Positions 1 through 9,000 of a stretch of 64,000 bases of DNA are shown here, piece after piece; positions within the stretch are counted from its first letter, which is position 1; the number at the start of each line of letters is the position of its first letter. The position numbers were made by a program, and so were the translations under genes. The notes beneath the pieces were generated by a model. That model made no database searches and was not told the origin of the DNA. It saw nothing but the letters and a program-made list of their open reading frames with translations. The stretch is taken from positions 1-64,000 of the IMG/VR virus record IMGVR_UViG_3300028608_000006. One strand, given 5' to 3'.

Positions 1-91
1 CAGAGGTAATAAGTAATACCGGAAACAGTTGTCATGTGTTTATCTCTTCAGTGTGGAAAATTTGGAACAACCTTAATTGGTTATCCCACAA

Positions 92-108
92 GTAATATAG
101 GGGTGAAA
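92..108 (-). promoter_or_regulatory. phiKZ-type early promoter (TTTCA-N3-CTATATTAC on minus strand), firing leftward out of the window
   Basis: Plus strand GTAATATAGGGGTGAAA = minus TTTCACCCCTATATTAC. The same motif recurs 5 more times; TATATTAC is the known early motif of phiKZ-like phages. Confidence 0.7.
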
Positions 109-570
109 TTCTCTTGCCCCCCCCCCCTTATCCCCCGACAAGGGTTGGTCTGCCTTTATAAAAGAAAAGGCCCTGCTGGTGCTCTTCAGAGCAACACACC
201 AGCAGGTATCCTCAATGGAGAGAATCAAACTCGTAGGAGAACCGATGAGCCACCCGAGGTACTAGCCAAAGAACCCCAAGCGGTTTGCCGGTATATGATT
301 AGTTCGCCCCAGTCGCAAAATAAATAGAAGCAAACATAAGCCCACACCGCCTGGACCCGGTTAAGGAATCCAGACGATATGGGTTATGAATGGGTGGAGT
401 TTTCTTATTGCTGTCCGAAGGTAAACAAACTGGGGGAACACTTCGAACACTACGACAGGTTGACTCCTCCCAATAACCTTGTCGCGAAACACTACACACG
501 ATGCGCCACTTAACGAGAGCTTCTTCAGAGCAAAACGTTACGAATGAAACATAACATAGTAACTCTTACT

Positions 571-804
571 CTAATCAAGGTCCGACCAATCACTGGTTGA
601 ACGTTCTGGCGGTGGCGTTATTCCGGCTGTTTCATTCAGAGTGTCGCCGAAACCTTTAGCGAGTTTGTCCTGAATGTCTCGCAGTGGACCCGGAACGATT
701 TCTTCAAAGGTCTTACCGACCGTCGCTGATACCGAAACCTGTTTACCAGTAGTCCTTTGTCTAACGGTAATGGTCAAGCGTCTACGACTGAGCTTATTGA
801 GCAT
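571..804 (-). CDS. hypothetical protein (77 aa, MLNKLSRRR...)
   Basis: ATG at 804 overlaps the end of the upstream gene (11 nt), consistent with translational coupling; shortened from track ORF 571..864. Confidence 0.45.
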   Translation of the reverse strand: MLNKLSRRRLTITVRQRTTGKQVSVSATVGKTFEEIVPGPLRDIQDKLAKGFGDTLNETAGITPPPERSTSDWSDLD

Positions 805-1453
805 TACCCGCTGCCTCTCGTTGGATGAGTTCCAAAGCTTCTTGCGCCAAACGACGGGATTCATGAAGCATCTCTGGAGGGGTCATCTTGGACGTGTCGA
901 TCTGAGTGGCAGGCTTTTCTTCCACCACTACTACCGGACGAGTGCTCAACACTTCAGGTACCCCCGGGAAGTCCCAGCTCTGAATTGCCCCACCACTGTG
1001 GTTGTCCAACCGGATAGCCTGTTTAACAGCATCCTTCGCAGAACGGCCAATCGACATGACTGCGTTAGCAATCACTTGTCCAGTACCCGCCGACCCAGGA
1101 CCAAAGATCGGGCTGAGGATAACGGTGTTACGCCCCTGCCGTGCATTACGGCTCAAACCAAAGTACCACGCTTCGCCTTTCTCAGTAATGCAGAGAGTAA
1201 CGAAGTCAGTTTCCTGAATGTCTTCCAGCCCGGTGCGGTGGGTAACGCCTTTCTCCAATGCCTCCAAAACCCAAGGCAATACATCCGGGTCGCCCGCCAG
1301 CGCAAAAGCCAAAACTTTAGTACCCTGAATTTCCCAGTACTGATCAGCAGTAGGAAGGTAAAGCTTCTTGTGGTCGCCAATCATCGCAATGTCGCGCTGC
1401 GAGGCTTTCGAATCAGTCGCCAGTACCTTGCCGTCCCAACAGATAGTCGTCAT
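794..1453 (-). CDS. Ntn-hydrolase, HslV/proteasome-beta-like peptidase
   Basis: N-terminus M-TTICWDGKVLATDS gives a Thr1 nucleophile; later SAGTG..A...AVKQAIRLDNHSGG resembles the HslV GSG...D..TGG motifs. Confidence 0.65.
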   Translation of the reverse strand: MTTICWDGKVLATDSKASQRDIAMIGDHKKLYLPTADQYWEIQGTKVLAFALAGDPDVLPWVLEALEKGVTHRTGLEDIQETDFVTLCITEKGEAWYFGLSRNARQGRNTVILSPIFGPGSAGTGQVIANAVMSIGRSAKDAVKQAIRLDNHSGGAIQSWDFPGVPEVLSTRPVVVVEEKPATQIDTSKMTPPEMLHESRRLAQEALELIQREAAGNAQ

Positions 1454-1536
1454 ACCAAATTACCCTTTTATCAACGATTGAACTAAAGCACTGATCTCTG
1501 ACAAACAGTACTATACCAAATCCAGTTACTAATCAG

Positions 1537-1553
1537 GTAATATAGGTTCATAT
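1537..1553 (-). promoter_or_regulatory. early promoter (CCTATATTAC)
   Basis: GTAATATAGG at 1537-1546, about 85 nt upstream of the Ntn-hydrolase start. Confidence 0.65.
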
Positions 1554-1636
1554 CTTTCTTGTAGAGGTCTTTGGTATAGCTCTCTTCCCTTTTCCCTGTA
1601 ACTGGTTCGCCAGCTCACAGAGCGAACAAGGAAGAC

Positions 1637-1654
1637 GCTTAGCTTAAGCTAAGC
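1637..1654. repeat. perfect 18-bp palindrome GCTTAGCTTAAGCTAAGC
   Basis: Self reverse-complementary, read directly; lies in the 1454-1827 intergenic region. Confidence 0.9.
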
Positions 1655-1827
1655 TACTAAGGTCAAGATCACAAGCATCAGACTTAAGCACAATCGCTTA
1701 AATTAGGCACACACTCCCCCTCTGCTTTCGCAAAGAGTTTACTTATTCAGTATACAATACACCCTAGTCTGAAAAATACTCAAATGCTATGAACAGCATC
1801 ACTCCGATCCCTTAGGGAGCTTTATCA

Positions 1828-2673
1828 ATGAATCCAGTAGACTATGCCATTAACCGGGTGATGGGGTCAGACATCGATGACTACCTCCTCAAGCTTGCAT
1901 TCGAAAACCCAAACGCCAACTACAACGGTAACTGGTACAACATCCAAGGCGCTACCACCGTACAGCAAGGCATCCGGGAACAAGTCATCTTCCGCACCGT
2001 ACTCCCCGACTGTCACGTAGGTGGTGGTAAGACCGAGTTCGTCGACCTGTCCGGTGCCAAGATGATGGACAAGGGTAACGGTTGCGTGGAAGTAAACGTA
2101 CCCGACATTGCCACAGGTGGACGGAAGATTGTTTCCGTTAACGAAGTGTACCTCGGTAGCATGACCTCCGCGACTGGTATGTTGGGGATGGGGATGAACG
2201 ACGGCACTGACTGCGGTCAAGGTTCCATCTCTGACATGATGCAGGGAATGATTGACGGGTTGACACCTAGTCGTTCCATGCCACACACCTACACCAATGT
2301 TCACATGACGGGTAACAACAGCTTTGTTATCTTCGGCCTGAACTCCGGTACGTTCTCCATGACCGCCAAGTGCATTCTGGAATACGACCAAGGCATGAGC
2401 AGCATTCACCCGCGCCATTACAAGTTCTTCGCCAATCTGGTTGAACTGGCCGTGAAGGCTTACGTCTACCGTAAGTGCCGCCGTGCAACAGGTGAAGCCG
2501 TTATCCGTGCTGGTATCCCGTTGCAGGATATCAAAGACGACATCCAAGCTTACAGCGATTGCTGGACTCAGTACAAAGAGTACTTCGAGGGCGAGTGGTC
2601 CCGCTGCATGGCTTGGAGCGATACTCAACTGGTTACCGACATGACTCGTATGAGCGTGCCGCGTCGCATGTAA
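1828..2673 (+). CDS. conserved phiKZ-like protein, probable virion structural protein (281 aa)
   Basis: RBS (GGGAG) and strong codon bias; MNPVDYAINRV..I...L..AF start resembles a recalled phiKZ-family structural protein. Confidence 0.55.
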   Translation: MNPVDYAINRVMGSDIDDYLLKLAFENPNANYNGNWYNIQGATTVQQGIREQVIFRTVLPDCHVGGGKTEFVDLSGAKMMDKGNGCVEVNVPDIATGGRKIVSVNEVYLGSMTSATGMLGMGMNDGTDCGQGSISDMMQGMIDGLTPSRSMPHTYTNVHMTGNNSFVIFGLNSGTFSMTAKCILEYDQGMSSIHPRHYKFFANLVELAVKAYVYRKCRRATGEAVIRAGIPLQDIKDDIQAYSDCWTQYKEYFEGEWSRCMAWSDTQLVTDMTRMSVPRRM

Positions 2674-2684
2674 GGAATGCCCGC

Positions 2685-4127
2685 ATGTTAAAAGCACAGT
2701 ACAACCCCGATGACTTTAACTACTCCGAAGAAGAGGAACGCCTCTACCACGAGCAGAATAATGTCTACGGCATGTTCGAAAGTTTGGACGCTCACTCCTA
2801 CCTGGCCCAACAAGGACTTTACCTCGACCCACTGTCTTTGAATGAAGTTCAGTCGGTGTCTGGTACCGAGGCATTGCTCACCGGCGTAAACTTCGAATCC
2901 AACAACGCAATCCTTTCGGTGTGTAACCGTTTCGGTGGTGATCTGGAATGCACTCCGAAGTGGGCGGCGGTTCTGCGTCGTTATGTGTACAGCTTTATCA
3001 CCCGTCGTGTTGGTATGGTGGATTACATGGAGTTCTTCGGTAGCCCGTACCTGGGTTTGCAGAAGATCACCTTTACCACCGCTGACCGTAACCAGTGGTT
3101 CAGTGAAATCTTCGACGTGGACGAAGAGGAACTCAAGGAGAACCTGCACGCCTGTAAAGCGATCAACGCTGAGTGGTCGGTTGTGGGTGACACGTTTAAC
3201 CTGACTGTTCCTTTCCTGCTGCACAAGGTTTACCACAGCAAACTGGACAAAGACACCAAGCATCAGGCGATGGTTGACATCCTCTGCATGTATCACTACA
3301 AGTGTCTGACCTCCATCATCCACAACGACTACCCGTTCCAGGCGCGCCGTGAAGTGGTCGTGGAAACCTACAACCGTCTGAGTCTGAAATACGACATCAA
3401 GCGGTACGGTAGCTGGCGTGCGCTGATCGAGGCTCGGGCTGAGTTCATCCTGAACCCGAACACCGGCATCCACTTCAAGAACGGTGTGATCACCCGGATG
3501 GATGACGACAAGGCGATCGTCTACATGGTGGGCGACATTCAGAACCGCTTGCGTCGGGCTATCAACGACATCAACAAGGTGTTCCACGAGGTCAAAACTC
3601 AGACCAACATTGTAAAGGTGGATTCCTCCAAGATTAACTTGGGCGACGAACTGAGCATCAAGTCCGTTACCAAGGAAGTCACTCAATACGGTCTGTACAT
3701 TGACCGGGTGTTGACGGAAGAAACCTCTTTCTACAAGGAAGAGTTGGCGGGTTACGCTGCGAGTGTTCTGGAGAACGTGCCGAAGGATAAACTGGCTTTC
3801 ATCATCCAGACCTTCCCGCAAGTCTACAAGAACGCCAAGAAGCCTCACTACAAGGAATTTACCGACGCTGTTCTGATTCACTTGTTCGAATACCTTCACA
3901 CCAATGGTATCAAGAAGACGAACGTGTACGACGTGCTTACCAAGATGCGCGGTGCTTATGGCGCCCCTCGCAGTAAGAACGACACCGTTAAAGTCATTCG
4001 CTCGTTGGGCGATGAAATCGTCGTGGAACAGACCGGGGTGAAAACTCCACAAACTGTAACAGTTCTCCGCACGGCATTGAGTCTGTACTTTGTGCTGCGC
4101 ATCCTTTCAAAAGAATATTTCGAGTAA
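2685..4127 (+). CDS. conserved jumbo-phage hypothetical protein (480 aa)
   Basis: Start moved to ATG 2685 (AAGGA RBS just after the previous stop); long biased ORF. Confidence 0.7.
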   Translation: MLKAQYNPDDFNYSEEEERLYHEQNNVYGMFESLDAHSYLAQQGLYLDPLSLNEVQSVSGTEALLTGVNFESNNAILSVCNRFGGDLECTPKWAAVLRRYVYSFITRRVGMVDYMEFFGSPYLGLQKITFTTADRNQWFSEIFDVDEEELKENLHACKAINAEWSVVGDTFNLTVPFLLHKVYHSKLDKDTKHQAMVDILCMYHYKCLTSIIHNDYPFQARREVVVETYNRLSLKYDIKRYGSWRALIEARAEFILNPNTGIHFKNGVITRMDDDKAIVYMVGDIQNRLRRAINDINKVFHEVKTQTNIVKVDSSKINLGDELSIKSVTKEVTQYGLYIDRVLTEETSFYKEELAGYAASVLENVPKDKLAFIIQTFPQVYKNAKKPHYKEFTDAVLIHLFEYLHTNGIKKTNVYDVLTKMRGAYGAPRSKNDTVKVIRSLGDEIVVEQTGVKTPQTVTVLRTALSLYFVLRILSKEYFE

Positions 4128-4136
4128 GAGGCTCCC

Positions 4137-4469
4137 ATGCAAGACTTCCAAGATGACTCCGTTAAAATTCTGGCACAAACCGACACCATCGTCGCTGGCA
4201 AAACCGTCTTGCAACACGGCAGCGGCAAAACCGCCTCGGAAACCGAAGTCTACGTGCTGATCCGTAAGGCTGACGATCATCGCCGCTACTACTCCAGTTC
4301 GGTTGTGTCCAAAGCGGCTTTCCGCGAGATCACCGAGAACAAGGCTACCTTCGAAACCCTGACCACCAACTTCAATGGTCGTCCTCTGGGTGACATGGTT
4401 GCGTTCCTGGCCAAGAACTACGTAGCGCCGAAAGTCCCAGCCGCCGCACCAGTCACTGAAGCTGCTTAA
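4137..4469 (+). CDS. hypothetical protein (110 aa)
   Basis: GAGG RBS, operonic spacing, strong codon bias. Confidence 0.75.
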   Translation: MQDFQDDSVKILAQTDTIVAGKTVLQHGSGKTASETEVYVLIRKADDHRRYYSSSVVSKAAFREITENKATFETLTTNFNGRPLGDMVAFLAKNYVAPKVPAAAPVTEAA

Positions 4470-4471
4470 TC

Positions 4472-5140
4472 ATGGTCGACGTCAGTGAACTCCGCATTGC
4501 TACACCGCTGCCTGTTTCCGAAACGAATCCGGTAGCATTGGAACTCCCGGCTGTTGATGCCCTGAACCAGTGTCCTGAAGTTATCCGTCGTTTGCCGGAC
4601 GGTAGCATCTGGCTCAGTGCGCCAACCAAGGGTGCTTCCAGCAAGTCCACCAAACGCACCCGCTGCGAATGGAAGGAAGATGGTTACTGGTACCTGACCA
4701 GCGCCACCAAGCACTGGAGCCGTCAGACGATGGTGCTGACCAAGGTTAACTCCGCTCTGAAGGTGGTGATTGGTCAGATCCACGTCAAAGACGCCAACAC
4801 GCCTCCACTGAAGGTGTTCTGGAACAAGGGCAAGATCACACTGGGGTTCCGTCAGAACTTTGACAACCCAGAGATCGTTAACTCAGTCCTTCATCCGAAT
4901 GTGCCTCTGGGTACGACGTTCAAGCTCAGCATCGGCGTTACGCACACCGGGTACATCTCGGTTAACGTGTTGGTGCCTGGGTCTGATACCGTCAGCGCGA
5001 AGCTGTGGATGGATACGTCGTGGCGTGATCAGTTGTTGCAGTTCCACGGCGGTCTGTACAACCAGGTCGATTACACCGAGGACACTCTCCCGTACGACGG
5101 TTCTGAATCCATCATCAGCGACCTTGTCATCACCCATTGA
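4472..5140 (+). CDS. polysaccharide lyase family 7 (alginate lyase-like)
   Basis: PL7 motifs RTRCEWKE (R.ELRE-like), GQIH and QFHGGLYNQ (YFKAG.Y.Q-like); no signal peptide. Confidence 0.75.
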   Translation: MVDVSELRIATPLPVSETNPVALELPAVDALNQCPEVIRRLPDGSIWLSAPTKGASSKSTKRTRCEWKEDGYWYLTSATKHWSRQTMVLTKVNSALKVVIGQIHVKDANTPPLKVFWNKGKITLGFRQNFDNPEIVNSVLHPNVPLGTTFKLSIGVTHTGYISVNVLVPGSDTVSAKLWMDTSWRDQLLQFHGGLYNQVDYTEDTLPYDGSESIISDLVITH

Positions 5141-5153
5141 GTAAGGAAGTTGA

Positions 5154-5696
5154 ATGTCTTACGTCTTAGTTAACAGCGCAAGTCTGCGTGATGCTCAAAA
5201 TGCCGCGTGCGACATCAAGGCAAAGCTCCACATGAACTTCGATCGTGACATTCTGATCGTGGAAGACTTCATGTCGGAGACAGAGCGTGGTCAAGCACTG
5301 TTCGAGGAAATCAAAAGGCCTAACATCCGTGGTGCACGGGCTTTGTCGATTATCTTGGATCAGCGCAAGGCTTTGATCAAGGAAGTTATCATCCCAGCTG
5401 TTAACTCTGGCCAGCAGGTGGTCTACGTTGGCGGTGTGCTGGATGACACCCGTTACGTCAGGACTATCGAGTTTCACGACATCCTGAAAGAAAACCAAGA
5501 GATGTTGCAGTCTTTCGGTGGCTTCACTTATCCGCGGGGTGCTATCTACGTGAAGCATCCTGCCGATTCGCCCAACACCAGTCGCGGCTACTTCAAGCGT
5601 TGCGACCGGTTGATGGCAAGCATGGCTGGCTTGAAGTTGGTCAACTACGACTATCGTCATGGCACCATGATCAAGATCAACGACATGTTCCGCTGA
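5154..5696 (+). CDS. hypothetical protein, possibly a degenerate dTMP-kinase fold
   Basis: RKALIKEVIIPAVNSGQQVV resembles the TMK R.....I.PAL..G..V motif, but no P-loop or DR motif is present. Confidence 0.45.
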   Translation: MSYVLVNSASLRDAQNAACDIKAKLHMNFDRDILIVEDFMSETERGQALFEEIKRPNIRGARALSIILDQRKALIKEVIIPAVNSGQQVVYVGGVLDDTRYVRTIEFHDILKENQEMLQSFGGFTYPRGAIYVKHPADSPNTSRGYFKRCDRLMASMAGLKLVNYDYRHGTMIKINDMFR

Positions 5697-5705
5697 GGAA
5701 TCAGT

Positions 5706-5981
5706 ATGAGCTTGACCACTCTTAAAACTATCAAGCGTAACAACAGCCTTGCTCTGCTAGAAGTACCGATGAACCCAACCTCCGCGTGGTTGCTTGTCCC
5801 TCTTGACAGTCAAGCTCCCCACCCCGACGTGATTGACTTCAGCAATGAAGGTTATCGCTTCTACCTCGACCCGAACATTGCGGGCGATGCTTTTGATCAA
5901 ATTAACCACGGTGTCGAACCGTTGGGTAAATTCAAAGGACTTCGTTGGTCTGACACTGTTCCGTTCCTGGTTTCGCATTGA
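5706..5981 (+). CDS. hypothetical protein (91 aa)
   Basis: GAGGA RBS; last gene of the plus-strand operon before a hairpin. Confidence 0.65.
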   Translation: MSLTTLKTIKRNNSLALLEVPMNPTSAWLLVPLDSQAPHPDVIDFSNEGYRFYLDPNIAGDAFDQINHGVEPLGKFKGLRWSDTVPFLVSH

Positions 5982-5992
5982 TTCAAACATAT

Positions 5993-6029
5993 CCCTTACC
6001 CTGCCTCCATTACGGGGACAGGGTAAGGG
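5993..6029. terminator. bidirectional GC-rich hairpin between convergent genes
   Basis: CCCTTACCCTG...CAGGGTAAGGG, 11-bp inverted repeat. Confidence 0.75.
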
Positions 6030-6040
6030 GGTTATGTCCG

Positions 6041-9000
6041 CTAGGCTGCGCGCTTCAATTGCAGCATTCGCTTACTACGTTCAAACTTGGCCTGCTCCAG
6101 CAGACTATCGACTGTCATGAGGCGAGACTGTTCAGGCGGCAGTACTTTGCCGAGCTTCCGAATCTCTGCTTCCAGACGCATAGCCAAGATGTTGTCGTTG
6201 GTATTGAGCAACTCTTCAGTTAGCCCCTCCACCCGCGCTTTCACCTTGTCCAAGAATTGAACCACATGAGGCTCCATTGCAGGACCCTTCTTGTTCGAAC
6301 CCGTATCCAGCAGGTTCTTGGTATCCGTTAATGCAATCCCACCTTGGATACCATACAGGGACTTGTTAGCCCCCAACTTGATGAACCAGTACGTCAACAG
6401 CCAGCCGATTACCAAGTCATCGTGCTTCTTGGCATCGTGGTCGATTCGATCACCCTTAGTCCGCAGGTTGATCAACTCGTCCGCCAGCTTGTCGTAGTTC
6501 AGACCGTACGCTGTCATCCCCACCGCTTCCTGAATCAACCCGTAAAGAATCTCACGAGAACGGGAAGTGGTGTTGAACCCGAAGTACTGCTTAAACTTCA
6601 GGTAGAAGTTCTTCTGACGATAAGCGAACTTAACGTTTTGGATCTCCTTGAACTCTTTCTCGTACGTTACCGTGTCTTGGTAGACTTGGTTGAAGATGCG
6701 GGTGAATGGATCCATCCCTTTCGCCGGCAGCATAATCAACAGGTTGTCGATCATGTGGTGGGCGTAGTTGCGTTCAATCACCAGCAGGCTGTTGTTGAGG
6801 ACTTGCAGCAGGTCCACTATAATGGCTGTCACGTCGTCCAAGAAGGCCAATGGATAACGACCCACCCCAACTACCTTACCAGTACGCATGCTCCTGATAA
6901 TGATGGTACAGGCGTCCTTGTTGATAGCCGAGGACGTATCCACACCAATCAGGAAGTAGTCGTTGTACTCTTTCTTACCCATGTTGATGAGTTCTTGCTG
7001 GGTGCAGAAGAAGTCCATGAACAACCCGCTTTCCTTGTACTCCTTACTCCAGACCACCGCGCTCTTACAGTTGTTGATTGCTTCCCGCGTTACGTCATCA
7101 AACAGACGGTTCTCACCATCTTCCACCCACATCAACAACAAGTCGATCTTGGCCTTAGCAAGGCTGAGGTTGAGGGAGTCGATTGTCTCCTTCACCCAAT
7201 CCTTGTCTTTGCCCAACTGCATGTAGTTGTAAACCATGGCAATCGATGGACTGGTGGTAGACTTCGGCGAAGCACGCAGCAGACGTTCACGCAGATGACT
7301 CTCACTGAAGGAGTCAAAGAACTTCTCACGCCATTCAGTCGAGGACATCAGCTTCTCGAACATGAACTCGCCACTTGGGTGCAACGTTGTGTTCGGAGTC
7401 GTAATGAAACTGATTCCGTACGGTTTACCCTGTGTCCTGGCGTTGGCCATCGCGGTCAGTGCAGAAGGTGCACATCCGTTGATGATCTCTTCGATGAAAC
7501 TAATGTAAGCCGGTTCGTCGTAGGTTGTCGTTTCAACGGTAAGACCCCGTCCCAAGTCACCTGCTGCATCACGACCCATCTGAGGAACGTTAATGTTGAG
7601 CGTGTTGACATACTCATCACCAAAGGCCTTGTAGTTGAGGTAGTTACCTGAGTCCTTGTCTCGCCAGGTGGGGTTCACCAAGTAAGACGGCATACAGGTG
7701 CGGATCTTCTTGATGGCGTCAATGAACTGAGCCCGGTTATCCGACTTCAACGTAATGAGGTGAGACTTGTACCCTCGACCGTTGATGTAGGTCAGCCAGA
7801 AGTTGATGACCTGAACAGACACCGTGTTGTGCGTGACAATGAAGTCATCGGTGATGTACAGGTGTTCCTGGTTGTCCACTTCGATACAACTGGCCTCGTC
7901 GTCGCCACAGTACTCGATCTTGTCGACCCAGAGCCGGTTGTCCACTTCCGGACGCTTCTCTTTACGGAAACGGAAGTACTCCATCTCCTTAGGCAGCGTG
8001 ACCGTCAGGGTTTCCTTCTCTGGCTTGGCAGTGCCACCCAATCCCCTCACCAGGTAAGCCAACTGAGACGCTATAAGCGCGTTAGGCGCCTTTAAGGTCA
8101 AAGTCTTACCGATCTTCAGTCCTTCATCGAAAAACGCGTGTAGCAGCTTCAGGCGATCTTCCTGAGCCCCTTCAAGGTAGGACGATGGAAGCCCGACGTT
8201 TAAATCGAAGTCAAAAGGTTTTCCATCCCGACGTTTAATGATTCGGAACTTCTTGTCCTTGTCCATGGCCAGCGTCTGAGGAACCACAGACTCCAAGTAA
8301 GCGACTTGCTCCTTACTCAGGTTACGACCCCGCAACACACCATCGGTTAACTCAGAGTTGATCATGCAACCGATGAGGTAAGGGTCCAAGGTAAGACGTT
8401 GCGGTTTACCCTTCTCCGAACGAATCAACGGAAGCTCGAACGCATGCCCCTTCGCCATGGCGGTAAGCAGATCCGCTGTGGTGTAGTCGTCCGTAATACC
8501 CCGACGGCTCGCAGTACCCCGGGAAAAGTCCTTCAGGGTCCACAAGTGCTCAGCACCCACATCGGTGGAACGACCGTCGCTCATGGTCACCCGGTAAAGA
8601 CGCAACTTGCCCTGAGGGTGGATGCCAATCACGTTGGTGGTCTTACCAAAGCGGTCGATCAGCACATCACCAGTACGCAGGTCACCGATCTTCTTCCACG
8701 TATCAGCAGGGGTGATGTTACCCTGCTTCTCAACCTTGACTCGAACCTTGCTCGAGTTACGCTGCATCTTGCCTTGTTGGCGAGGCATGATCATGTACGT
8801 GGTGATGTGGTTGAGGTAGTTCCAGATGAAACTGATGTTACCCCGGTTCGCCATGAAGTTCTGATCAGGCTTTAACCGACAGACCTCACGCAGGAAGTAC
8901 CAGAAGTTAGTCCGGCACTCTTCGGCGATCATCAACTTCTGTTCGTTGGTGAGATCGTCAGCGTAAGGATCCACACCCTGCAACATGCGGTTGTTCAGCT

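Noticed and set aside
117-127. C11 homopolymer as a phase-variable tract
   Set aside because: It is intergenic and part of a GC-rich terminator-like stretch, upstream of the promoter core; no evidence of slippage and it may be a sequencing artefact.
674-1486. 270-aa plus-strand ORF opposite the Ntn-hydrolase
   Set aside because: Atypical composition, no RBS, and it fully overlaps a motif-bearing gene with its own promoter.
2688-4052. Long antisense ORFs (e.g. 2688..4052, 9799..11379, 14921..17176, 30679..32370, 42439..44583, 45181..47196, 61514..62749)
   Set aside because: They mirror strongly biased sense genes in the same codon register, are V/D/H/Q-rich, lack RBS and show no motifs; typical shadow ORFs.
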